Assembly (NCBI GenBank): GCA_050633245.1 | Contig: JBOEGD010000011.1 | Coordinates: 160,001-224,000 of the forward strand | Direction of reading: 5' to 3' | Origin: Calditrichia bacterium | Lineage (GTDB): Bacteria; Calditrichota; Calditrichia; RBG-13-44-9; J075 | Length of the DNA: 64,000 nucleotides | Shown: positions 30,848 through 39,890 of the stretch, one piece after another | How the letters are laid out: each line of letters begins with the position of its first letter | Numbering within the stretch: position 1 is the stretch's first letter | The notes under the pieces: model-generated | Database searches by the model: none | What the model was told of the DNA's origin: nothing | Seen by the model: only the letters and a program-made list of their open reading frames with translations | Translations under genes and position numbers: made by a program

Positions 30848-31018
30848 GAGCGTGGCCGATTTGGTGATAAAAAAAATCAGACTGGAGCATTCTCATAATG
30901 GAGCAGTCTTTGTGAGCTGGACGGGTACTATCTATTCCTTATATCTCAGCAAATTTTGAAATATTTTTTAAAAAGGTTACTACAATCTAGGTGGGAAGAG
31001 GCTGAAGCGCAAGTGAAT

Positions 31019-32197
31019 CTAATAGGAAAAGCCAAGCCGTTTCAGGCGGTTCTGTTTTAATGCATTGCCCAAAAAGCCAAACTGAAAGCGTAAAGTGATA
31101 ACGTTGCCGGAAAGATCGCTGCCGCCGGTATTGTTGTAGTCTACGATGTGATAGCGAAGCTGAAAATTTATATAAAGCGATTGAAATGGTGGGACGTAAT
31201 AACGATACCCAATGCCGCCGTTTATGTTGAAAGCAAAAATAGATTTCCCGCCTTCACCATTGACATTGCGCTTTATGGTGTCGAAGCCATCCAGGCCAAT
31301 GCCGCTTAATATTTCAACCTCGTTGCGGCCGCGACGATACAACTCGCGGCTGAGTTCAAGTCCCATAAAGGCGCCGATGAAGTGATTGCTTTCGACAATC
31401 TCGCCGGCATCGGTTTGAACCAAGTAGCTGGATGGGGTTTCCCGAAACTTACTGATTGCTGTTAAATTGAACATAAATTGTCGGTATTTTGCTCCAACGG
31501 TAAATCCAGCCATCGGGTGAGAGCCGACAATCTTTAGATTGCCGCCCGGATTCCAGCGACCCACTGAGAGTCCAATATGGAAATCAATTTGATCGCGAAC
31601 TGCTGAGACCGCGCGATCATAATATTCGCGAACTGCTGAGTGTTCATATTCCTCGTCTAGAATATGTTTTGTGACATCCTGAACTCTGTTTGCATAAATC
31701 TTGCAAAGTAATTTCGCACTGCCGCTAAGCTTTAGGCTGTCTAAAGCATGCTGTGCCATCGTTTGGGTATAGTGATTGAAGCCTTCGTATAAATAGTGTA
31801 TTTCTCTTGGTACGCCATCTATTGGGTAGTGAACAGAATACCAGGGTGCCTCTGATAGCTCATCGGATAGACGCATTTTGTTCTCATATTCTGTCAGAAA
31901 CCAGATGATGCGTTCGTCGAAAACGTCCTCAGTAAACCTCCCTTCCTGTAGTGAATGAAGAATTATAAAGCGCTGTAGGGGCTCAATCATCCCAGCTTCA
32001 AACAAGCCGCCCAGCCAGTAACGCAGAGTTAGCCTGACCGAATCTTGCTCGGCGCGATCATTGTACAGCATGGCAAGCCTTGAGGCAGAGTAAGAGATTT
32101 CTTCCCACAGAACATCTTGTGCTTTCGCAGTGGTGCCCAAATTAAACAGGGCGAAGAAGCAAAGAATAGCGCTAAGACAGAACGCTGTGCCAGTCAT
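31019..32197 (-). CDS. Hypothetical protein with signal peptide and C-terminal outer-membrane beta-barrel
   Basis: ATG 32197 'MTGTAFCLSAILCFFALF...AKA' signal; amphipathic strands ('GFTVGAKY', 'NINGGIGYRYY', 'NFQLRYH'). Confidence 0.6.
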   Translation of the reverse strand: MTGTAFCLSAILCFFALFNLGTTAKAQDVLWEEISYSASRLAMLYNDRAEQDSVRLTLRYWLGGLFEAGMIEPLQRFIILHSLQEGRFTEDVFDERIIWFLTEYENKMRLSDELSEAPWYSVHYPIDGVPREIHYLYEGFNHYTQTMAQHALDSLKLSGSAKLLCKIYANRVQDVTKHILDEEYEHSAVREYYDRAVSAVRDQIDFHIGLSVGRWNPGGNLKIVGSHPMAGFTVGAKYRQFMFNLTAISKFRETPSSYLVQTDAGEIVESNHFIGAFMGLELSRELYRRGRNEVEILSGIGLDGFDTIKRNVNGEGGKSIFAFNINGGIGYRYYVPPFQSLYINFQLRYHIVDYNNTGGSDLSGNVITLRFQFGFLGNALKQNRLKRLGFSY

Positions 32198-33815
32198 TCG
32201 GCTGCTCGAGAAAGCGCGGCTTGATGGTTCCGCTAATGGCTGTTTTGGCTCGGAAGGCATAGTAGAGTTTGTCGGCGCCTTTAGGCAGCGCTTGCGCTTG
32301 AAAGGCAGCGAGTTGGTAAAGCGATCGGCAGTTCTGATAGTGGTAGTTTTCACAAAGGCCCTTTTCGATATCAAGTGCTAACTTCGCAAAATTATGTTCA
32401 ACGTCTGTGGTATAAAACAAGCAGTAGCTGCTAGGTTTTTTTTGCGTGTTTGCCGCGACAAAGTAGAATGAGCTCTGAATGGACTGGTTTCGAAACGCCA
32501 CTTCAACTACGTCACGCAGGTGCTGTTCACTGATTTTTTCGCCATATAGATCTGAAATGCCATCCTTTTTCCCGAGAAATTTTAAGCAGGGTGCCTGATG
32601 AAAATACCCGGTGCACAAAACTCTGTCGTTTAGGCGGTAGCGATATAACCCGCCAGACGTTGTAATTATCACACTATATTCACCGTTTTCTCTTAGTTCA
32701 GTCGCGGTATGAACTGTGCCATTTGCAAGGTTCTCGAACTCGTAAAAATGTGATGTTGCCGTCAAAACATGTTGCGGTGTTTCATCTTTAGTACTCTGTA
32801 TTGGAATAGTTACAATACCCTCTGTTGCCAGTAACCCCTTTGGTTGAACCGCGACACCGGGAAATGCTTTTTTAAGTTCTGGAATTGAATTCTTTGCCCA
32901 CGCATCAGCCCAACAGCTTATAAGTGCAAGGTTGGGCCAGATTGCACGCCAGTCCCGCGAGGTGACCGCCTGCTGAATTAAGGTGGCTCTTTCCTTTTTT
33001 CCCTTGAAGATGCCTTTTATTTGCTTTAGCTGAACCGATGGCAAAGGTGAGGGGGGCGTTATACTTCCTGAAGCTAAATCTTGGAATAGTGCATCCTGCC
33101 ACAGGATTGCTTTGTCCATAAGAACCAGCAGGGAGGTTGGATTCCAGAGAGAAATAAGTCTTAAATTCTCTTCGCTGAACAGAAAAAGCAAAGATAGATA
33201 TGCATGATTTTCCATGTCTGTTACAGTGGAAAGTACTGGGGGAATCACCATTAATTGTCTTACAAGCTTTCTCTCAACAAAAGACAGGTAATCTGAATCT
33301 GACGCGAACTCAATGGGAATGACGCTCTGTTCAGGTTTGGTAATTGGTGTGGGCGGTGAGACGAACCAGTATGCCCGTCCTGCCATTAATTCCGGATAGG
33401 TAGACATCAAATTGTATATCCATGCTCCAATAGCTTGCTGAAATTCGTTTCTCAGTGTGGGTGTTGAGGGGATGTATTTGCACGCGCTGGCCGTACCGCT
33501 TGTAGGTTCAAATCTTGTAATAGCTGACGCGGTCAGCACATTTTCTTCCCCGGTCATTATGCGCTGAATCTGCTGAGAATAGTCCTGGTAATCTGTAACT
33601 GGCACCTGCTCTTGAAACTCAGCGACCGTGCGAATTCTGGAAAAGTTGTGCTCACTACCAAAACGGGTGTTTTGATTTACATTAAGGATGTTTTCCAGGA
33701 TAGCAGTTTGAGCAGTCCGAACATTTTTGCATGCGTACAAAAAGTTTTTCCAGCTTTTTCGGGAGCTGAATTTCCAAATGGAATTGGCGAGGTAGGGGAT
33801 AGATGGTGAAATCAT
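32172..33815 (-). CDS. GH3 (auxin-responsive) family acyl-adenylate-forming amido ligase
   Basis: 'F...VPVTDY.DY', 'FEPTSGT...KYIP', 'GLLATEG', 'FYEF', 'TT.GGLYRYRL.D', 'DLYGEK'. Confidence 0.88.
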   Translation of the reverse strand: MISPSIPYLANSIWKFSSRKSWKNFLYACKNVRTAQTAILENILNVNQNTRFGSEHNFSRIRTVAEFQEQVPVTDYQDYSQQIQRIMTGEENVLTASAITRFEPTSGTASACKYIPSTPTLRNEFQQAIGAWIYNLMSTYPELMAGRAYWFVSPPTPITKPEQSVIPIEFASDSDYLSFVERKLVRQLMVIPPVLSTVTDMENHAYLSLLFLFSEENLRLISLWNPTSLLVLMDKAILWQDALFQDLASGSITPPSPLPSVQLKQIKGIFKGKKERATLIQQAVTSRDWRAIWPNLALISCWADAWAKNSIPELKKAFPGVAVQPKGLLATEGIVTIPIQSTKDETPQHVLTATSHFYEFENLANGTVHTATELRENGEYSVIITTSGGLYRYRLNDRVLCTGYFHQAPCLKFLGKKDGISDLYGEKISEQHLRDVVEVAFRNQSIQSSFYFVAANTQKKPSSYCLFYTTDVEHNFAKLALDIEKGLCENYHYQNCRSLYQLAAFQAQALPKGADKLYYAFRAKTAISGTIKPRFLEQPNDWHSVLS

Positions 33816-33850
33816 AATAATAAACGTCACCTGCCGGAAGGCAGGTGACG
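33816..33850 (-). terminator. Strong hairpin/terminator after the TonB receptor, immediately upstream of the GH3 start
   Basis: Perfect 11-bp stem CGTCACCTGCC/GGCAGGTGACG (33825-33850) followed on the minus strand by TTTATTATT then ATG. Confidence 0.7.
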
Positions 33851-33864
33851 AGATAATTAATGCT

Positions 33865-36468
33865 TTAGAAGCTGAGGTTTAAGGCGCCAAGAATAACGCG
33901 ACCATTAAAACCAAACTGATTTACTTCCCAGGGGTAGCGGAAGCGTCCACCAAGATCGGTTACGACATCGCCGCCGGTCTCAATTTCGTCCGGATAAGTT
34001 CCGGCAATATTGTTAACAAGCAGGCTAAGTGAAATCTGATTGCTGAACGCATAGCTTGCGTTCAAATCGAATATCGGCTTACCAGCAAAGGTCTGATCCA
34101 GAGTTGGGTCGCTGGCGTGCTGCCAGGTTACTTCACCGAAATAGGTTCCGGAGACGCCAACTGTCAGAGGAACAGCCGCAAGATCGTAACTAACACCCAG
34201 GATTACTTTTTGGTTTGGACGAGCGGAAAGAATACGACTTTGCTCTTTGCGATCGAAGATGTCCGCGCCATCGGCTGCCAGAACGGAAGGTGTATTAATT
34301 TGTCCCTCAATTGAGTGATCGTAAAAAGATGCTGCAGCATTGAAGCGCAGGCCATCTTTTGAATAGTTTCCAACCAAATCAAGACCACGAGTGCGACTAT
34401 TAACAGCGTTGATAAAGAATTTCAGGCTGGTAATAGAGTTCGCATCCAGAATTGCGCCAACTGTTGTCGTGGGATCGCTATTGGCAATCGAGCTAGAGAA
34501 AATAATCCGATCATCAACGTCAATCTGAAAAACATCTGCAGAAATATTCACGTTCTGTGATGGGCGAGCTGCAAAACCAAAGGTAAAGTTGATTGATTCT
34601 TCTTCTTTAAGTTCAGCTACGCCAAGTTCACGGAGAATCGGGCTCGTATTGTCAAATGTTCCCTGGTTACTTACGGTTCCACCGGATACAAGCGTTTGAA
34701 TATTACTTAGATTAATTTGATGCAGAGATGGCGCTCGGAAACCAGTTGAAAATGAGCCGCGAACGCTGAAAGAGTTCAGTGGGCTCTTATAGCGAGCTGC
34801 AGCTTTAAACGTTGTGCTGGTACCAAAATCACTATAGTTCTCGAAGCGTACAGCGCCACCAACATAGAAGTCTGGTGTAACGTCAGCGCCAAGATCCAGA
34901 TAGGCACCAAAGTTGGTGCGAGTGGCATCTACTTCATTCTGTGGCTGAAGTCCTGGAAAAGATTGTGCTCCGCCACCAGTGTAGGATGCTTCTTCGCCCG
35001 CGTTGGCAACGAATTTTTCCTGTCGGAACTCACCACCGACACTGGCAAAAATCTGCTCGCTCAGCTGACGGGAGGCATCAACATTGACGATGTTATTGGC
35101 AAATTCATAACCACCAGCATCGAACTCTGTTGGGCTATCTGCACCCAGAGCCGGATTTAACGTATTGCCAATGTTGTAGTCAACCGAATTCATCCCAAAG
35201 GAATAGCTTAGGTCATAATTCCACCCGGATCTGTTGCCACGATAACCGGCAGAGCCTGAGACATCAAGGACATCGGTGTCGAAGGTCGGCTGGAAGCCTT
35301 GATATTCTGTGCCTGCTTCATGTAGTAGATTATTTGGATCCGGAATCCAGTAGGGTGTGCGATATAGTGCGTAGCTCTCACCTTTGCGTAAAACAACGCC
35401 ACCAAATCCATAAATTTCATCAGTTTCATTTACTTTATAAGCACTGTTCAGGTATCCACTGCCCTTTGTCAGGTTTGGCAGACCAACAGTCATACCAAGA
35501 TCAGGGTTAGCCATAATGAAGGGGTCGGTTCCATCAACACCAAACAGCTGATCATCGCCCGGCTCACCGGCACGGTTTGTTTCTTCCTGATCGGAAAAGC
35601 TTGCTGTGAAGTTGATAAAGCCTTTGTTATCAAAATTTTTGCCCGTATTCAAGTGTGCACCATACTGAAAACCATCGCCTTCTTCTGTGATTCCGGAAAA
35701 AGCGTTTATCGTGGTTTTTTCAGTTTCATCAGCCAGAATAACGTTAATAACACCGGCAATAGCGTCTGAACCGTATTGAGCAGAAGCACCGTCACGCAGA
35801 ACTTCAATGCGTTTTATAGAACCAACCGGAATACTACCCATGTCTACGCCGACGTCACCTTTACCAGGCGTGTCATTGATGTAAACGAGTGAGCTTGCAT
35901 TTTTACGCTTACCGTTAATAAGCACCAACGTACGGCTCGGCCCAAGACCACGCAGGTCAGCCGGATCAAAATGCGCCGTTGCATCAGAAATGGTTTGCTG
36001 GGTAGAATTGAAAGAGGGCACGCTATAATGCATCATTTTGTCAAATGATACCTGTGCGGTTGCTTCCAGTTCACGAATGTCGATGTTGTCAATCGGAACA
36101 GGAGAGGTGATGGATGTGCGTGGGCGGAAACGAGATCCTACAGTAGTAACCGACTCACCTGCAATCGCATCTTCTGCCAGAGTAACATAGACATAACTGT
36201 CATTGGTTGCTGTTACGGATTGTGTTGCGTATCCGACATAAGAAAAAACCAGCGTTGCCGGCAGGCTTGCCACCTTAAAGCTAAATGCTCCATCGCTGTC
36301 TGTTGTCGTTCCGTTCTGCGTACCGGACTCAACAACATTTACACCAGCTAGCAGGCTGCCGTCGGCGCCTTTTACCTGGCCGGTAAGAACGACATCTTGT
36401 GCCACCAAAAAGCCGGTTGCTAAAAGAAGCGTAAATACCGCGGTTAATAAATTGTGACGTTGTTTCAT
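33865..36468 (-). CDS. TonB-dependent receptor with N-terminal carboxypeptidase-regulatory-like domain
   Basis: GGAG RBS + ATG 36468; signal peptide; 'GTTTDSDGAFS', 'FSYVGY'; plug 'LRGLGPSRTLVLINGKR', 'IEVLRDGASAQYGSDAIAGVIN'; C-terminal F. Confidence 0.93.
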   Translation of the reverse strand: MKQRHNLLTAVFTLLLATGFLVAQDVVLTGQVKGADGSLLAGVNVVESGTQNGTTTDSDGAFSFKVASLPATLVFSYVGYATQSVTATNDSYVYVTLAEDAIAGESVTTVGSRFRPRTSITSPVPIDNIDIRELEATAQVSFDKMMHYSVPSFNSTQQTISDATAHFDPADLRGLGPSRTLVLINGKRKNASSLVYINDTPGKGDVGVDMGSIPVGSIKRIEVLRDGASAQYGSDAIAGVINVILADETEKTTINAFSGITEEGDGFQYGAHLNTGKNFDNKGFINFTASFSDQEETNRAGEPGDDQLFGVDGTDPFIMANPDLGMTVGLPNLTKGSGYLNSAYKVNETDEIYGFGGVVLRKGESYALYRTPYWIPDPNNLLHEAGTEYQGFQPTFDTDVLDVSGSAGYRGNRSGWNYDLSYSFGMNSVDYNIGNTLNPALGADSPTEFDAGGYEFANNIVNVDASRQLSEQIFASVGGEFRQEKFVANAGEEASYTGGGAQSFPGLQPQNEVDATRTNFGAYLDLGADVTPDFYVGGAVRFENYSDFGTSTTFKAAARYKSPLNSFSVRGSFSTGFRAPSLHQINLSNIQTLVSGGTVSNQGTFDNTSPILRELGVAELKEEESINFTFGFAARPSQNVNISADVFQIDVDDRIIFSSSIANSDPTTTVGAILDANSITSLKFFINAVNSRTRGLDLVGNYSKDGLRFNAAASFYDHSIEGQINTPSVLAADGADIFDRKEQSRILSARPNQKVILGVSYDLAAVPLTVGVSGTYFGEVTWQHASDPTLDQTFAGKPIFDLNASYAFSNQISLSLLVNNIAGTYPDEIETGGDVVTDLGGRFRYPWEVNQFGFNGRVILGALNLSF

Positions 36469-36532
36469 AGAATTTCTCCATGATAAAGGACGTGTAGGAT
36501 GAATTAGGGTGTTTTGTTTATCTTTTTTTTTG

Positions 36533-36561
36533 AATATATCGGTTTGGAATAACTTACGCAA
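36533..36561 (-). promoter_or_regulatory. Sigma70-like promoter of the TonB receptor
   Basis: TTGCGT-17 nt-TATATT on the minus strand. Confidence 0.55.
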
Positions 36562-36687
36562 GAGTGTGTTTTCACATATTTTAGGAAAAAGTAAATGACG
36601 AATCATCGATCGAAATGTCCAAAACTTAACACATTTCAGCGAGACGTCAAAAAAGCTGCCTAACAGCATTTTAATATTAACGGGATT

Positions 36688-37422
36688 CTATTCCGCAAGT
36701 TGCAGTGGGGGAGTGTCATCGACATGTTTTTTTAGCTGACGTTTAATAAAAGGCGTAATATTTTCTTCACCAAGTGGGGCAATGCAAACGAGTTCACTGC
36801 CTGTATCTACGTGCGGATTTCTTTCATAAAAATAGTCTACGTGTGGATTGGTACGGCCGCGTAAATCAAACTCTGCTTTTAAAGCCTGTGAAGAGGTCGT
36901 GCCATTAATGAGTCCTGATTGAGGGTCATAGCGATCCGGATAGCGCTTGTGCCCCAGGCTATTAATAAGGTCTGCTTCCCACTTGGGCGTAGGTTTTTCG
37001 TGCCGGGGATAAAACTCATGAAAAAATATTGGAAGAAATCGATATGTTCGAACGCCTTTTGAAATTAACATCCAGTATAATTTCTCCCCCGGGTTGGCTT
37101 TTTTTAATGAAAGCATCAGGTTGCCCCAGGCGATCGGAAGCGCGAAGCTTCCCCAGTAGGTTGAATCGATTACGGTGTCACCGGAAAAAAGAATGAGCAA
37201 TTTCTCGTCGCGAAGGCGATGCTCAAACAGCAATTGCGTCGAGAATCCACAAATTTCATTCTCTTCGTTTCTCAGTAAAATAACCCAATCTTTTTCTGAT
37301 AGATCGGCAGTGAAATTGTGTTCATCGACATTTCGATAATGTCGCTGCATTAACGTCAGCATCTGATGTTGTTCCTGCCTGGTAATTTCGCTGACCGAAA
37401 TGGTTTTTCCTGTAAGTGCCAT
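36688..37422 (-). CDS. Hypothetical protein, probable GNAT-like fold
   Basis: 'ICGFST', 'FSGDTVID..YWG', 'YWMLISKG.RTYRFL'; 1 nt from the upstream gene's stop; fold call is inference. Confidence 0.6.
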   Translation of the reverse strand: MALTGKTISVSEITRQEQHQMLTLMQRHYRNVDEHNFTADLSEKDWVILLRNEENEICGFSTQLLFEHRLRDEKLLILFSGDTVIDSTYWGSFALPIAWGNLMLSLKKANPGEKLYWMLISKGVRTYRFLPIFFHEFYPRHEKPTPKWEADLINSLGHKRYPDRYDPQSGLINGTTSSQALKAEFDLRGRTNPHVDYFYERNPHVDTGSELVCIAPLGEENITPFIKRQLKKHVDDTPPLQLAE

Positions 37423-37423
37423 G

Positions 37424-38524
37424 TTACAATGCTCCTAATTCCAGATATGGCGTACGCCCATCCGGAGTTGGGTGAACTGAGTTGTCCCAATAAACATAAT
37501 ACAATCGGCTCAGATATGGAATATGCGGTAGCCCTCTTGCAGCAGATAACAATGCGTCTGTCTCGTGTAATCCCAATAAAACAGAATGTAAATTCTTGTT
37601 TGCTGAAAGAACGGTTTTTAAAAGCTGTATAAAGATATCCTGCTGGTCGTTTAGAATACAGCATAGTGCACAACTTCCATAGTCGAGTTCGCCTTTCGCC
37701 GGCAGGATGGGTTTCCCATAGATCTTGTGCAATAAATTGTAGAGCGGTTTTGCGATGTGAACACTCCGGCTATATGTTTCGATGACAGTTTGCCGAAAGG
37801 ATTTCTGGTTCCATAAAGCCAGCGTACCGAGAATGCGATTAGCCGACTCTGCGATGTAGATATCATGATGTGTTAAGCCGCGGAGAATTCCGGTTGCAGA
37901 TCGAAGGTGAGTTTCCGTGTAGTGAGGGAATAGTTGGCGCTTGCGTCCATTCGTATTTAGAAAGTCTATAATTGCGGGAATGTCTTCCTCTGTTGCTCTT
38001 CGGATACTTGTATGTGTCTTTGGTTCAGAAGCTCTTGCTCGATAGGCTAAAGTAATATACTGCCCGCCGTCGACATATCTTGGTAATCCCGCTTTACCCG
38101 ATGTTAATAGTCGCTTTGCGAGAATATTGTCCTCCACAATCGTGGTGAAATAGTAACGTACCTTTTCAGCATTATGGATTTGCCGTAGATGTTTGTAGCC
38201 TCTGGCAACCGCTAAGCCATTTCGATAGCTCTCTTCGAGGCGTAATCCACTTAAGTAGCCAACTGCGGTTATTTTATCATTTAAATAGCAGTTTTTAACA
38301 GACCGGGTTCCAAAGCCAACAATTTTTTTCGTTTGCTTATCCTTTGCCGTTACAACGTGCGTGCGTTCGCCTTCGACCTGAATTGCCTCAAAAAAGGATG
38401 GCTCACGACGAAAAGAAAGTGAGATTCGTCCCGGCATTGAATTTTCGCGCAGGAGCCGTCTCAGGTCTGCATCATCACTCTGTTTTGCTGAAGCAATGTC
38501 AACGTAGCGCAGTTTATGAGGCAT
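37424..38524 (-). CDS. Tandem GNAT-like acyltransferase
   Basis: 'GYLSGLRL...YRNG' acyl-CoA-binding-type motif; second GNAT start 'IRRATEEDIPAII.FL'. Confidence 0.65.
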   Translation of the reverse strand: MPHKLRYVDIASAKQSDDADLRRLLRENSMPGRISLSFRREPSFFEAIQVEGERTHVVTAKDKQTKKIVGFGTRSVKNCYLNDKITAVGYLSGLRLEESYRNGLAVARGYKHLRQIHNAEKVRYYFTTIVEDNILAKRLLTSGKAGLPRYVDGGQYITLAYRARASEPKTHTSIRRATEEDIPAIIDFLNTNGRKRQLFPHYTETHLRSATGILRGLTHHDIYIAESANRILGTLALWNQKSFRQTVIETYSRSVHIAKPLYNLLHKIYGKPILPAKGELDYGSCALCCILNDQQDIFIQLLKTVLSANKNLHSVLLGLHETDALLSAARGLPHIPYLSRLYYVYWDNSVHPTPDGRTPYLELGAL

Positions 38525-39890
38525 GTGCAATTTTTGTGTCAGCAACCTTCAGCAATTCCCCCTTGAAGCGCAGGTCTCCAAGTGGATAGTCTTCACGTTG
38601 CGTAGCCTCCTTGCGCAAGAGTAAATTGATAAACCAATAGGCATGTAGCATAAACAGTCCTCCGGCGTTCGTGCTGTCGAACATGCGATTGACGATAGAC
38701 GGTATGCTGTAAAATGCCTTCCGCGCATTCACGCATTCGCTCTTGATGACATCGGGTGGAATAGCTGTTTTAAACGGTACTTGCCCGTATTGATACCGTT
38801 CATCCATCCACCACTTATCGTAAAGTAACTTTCCTTCTGCTTCGAGCTTCTTGTATAATGGTGTTCCCGGAAAAGGGGTGAGATGATTAAAGGCCGCCAT
38901 ATATATTTTGTGTTTAACACAGAAATCGACGGTTTCCTTAAAAGAATCCATTGTGTCTTCTTCATAGCCAAAGATAAAGGTGGCGTAGAGACGAATGCCA
39001 TATTCCTTGAACTTTGCCAGTGCCGGTTCAAATCCACCCCGCGCAGAGTTGAACTTTTTGTTCATATTTTCAAGATTCTTTTTATTGAGCGACTCGAATC
39101 CGACCAATACCCCCTGGCATCCGCTTTCCTGCATAATCTGAAGAAGTTCTTCATCATAAGACATGGTAATGGATGCCTGGCTTACCCACTTTATGTTGAG
39201 TGGAATCAGCGCGCGATAAAACTCCTTTGCTTCTTTAGGGTAGGATGCAATGTTGTCATCTACAAAGAAGAACAACTTCTTGTCTTGCTTCATTTCCCTT
39301 AACTCGCTAATTATTTCTTCCGTTGTGCGCCGGGTTTGGGTGGCATCGAAGTAACTCGTTACGGCGCAGAACTCACATTTAAAAGTACAGCCCCTTGCCG
39401 CCTCGATGAGGCCCAATTTTAGATAACTCTTGCCTTTGAAAATGCTGCGGTCGGGGCGAATGCGGCTAATGTCGGAGCGTCCTTCAATGCGATAACTACG
39501 CTGCATACAGCCATTTTCAAAATCCTGCAATAGCTGCGGAAAGCTCTGTTCAGCCTCACCGATTACTATTGCCTCGGCATATTCCTGAACTTCCTCGGGA
39601 ATAAGAGTTGTGTGAAATCCGCCCATTACGACGGGAATCCCGCGTCGTCGGTATTCTGTTGCAATCTGGTAGGCGCGCTTGGCAGTATAGGTTTCGACAC
39701 TGATTGCCACTAAATCGGTCGGCTCCTCGTAAGGAATCTCTTCCAGCCTGTCGTCCCAAAAGGCAATGTCCCAATGAGAAGGTCGCAGCGCAGCCAAATA
39801 CGCCGGGGCAAGAGGCTCCATCTGCCAACTTTTAATGTAGGACTTTCCGGGAATTCGTCCGACGCAGGGATGAATAATGGTTAGCTTCAA
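38514..39890 (-). CDS. B12-binding domain radical SAM protein (paralog 4)
   Basis: 'EPL..AYLAAL.P', 'VVMGGFH', CxxxCxxC 'RGCTFKCEFC', 'FFVDDN', 'TPFPGTPLY'; GGAGG RBS + TTG overlapping the upstream TGA. Confidence 0.93.
   Translation of the reverse strand: MKLTIIHPCVGRIPGKSYIKSWQMEPLAPAYLAALRPSHWDIAFWDDRLEEIPYEEPTDLVAISVETYTAKRAYQIATEYRRRGIPVVMGGFHTTLIPEEVQEYAEAIVIGEAEQSFPQLLQDFENGCMQRSYRIEGRSDISRIRPDRSIFKGKSYLKLGLIEAARGCTFKCEFCAVTSYFDATQTRRTTEEIISELREMKQDKKLFFFVDDNIASYPKEAKEFYRALIPLNIKWVSQASITMSYDEELLQIMQESGCQGVLVGFESLNKKNLENMNKKFNSARGGFEPALAKFKEYGIRLYATFIFGYEEDTMDSFKETVDFCVKHKIYMAAFNHLTPFPGTPLYKKLEAEGKLLYDKWWMDERYQYGQVPFKTAIPPDVIKSECVNARKAFYSIPSIVNRMFDSTNAGGLFMLHAYWFINLLLRKEATQREDYPLGDLRFKGELLKVADTKIAHAS

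Noticed and set aside
36469-36669. N-terminal extensions in the ORF track (TonB receptor; also 32198-32374, 62576-62719, 29491-29526, 49602-49670)
   Set aside because: Downstream starts have an RBS, a signal peptide or a family-typical N-terminus; the extensions overlap promoters or neighbouring genes
36469-36687. Cobalamin riboswitch upstream of the TonB receptor or rSAM operon
   Set aside because: No recognisable B12-box/GCCACTG-type elements by eye and the leaders are short and AT-rich; an Rfam scan would be decisive
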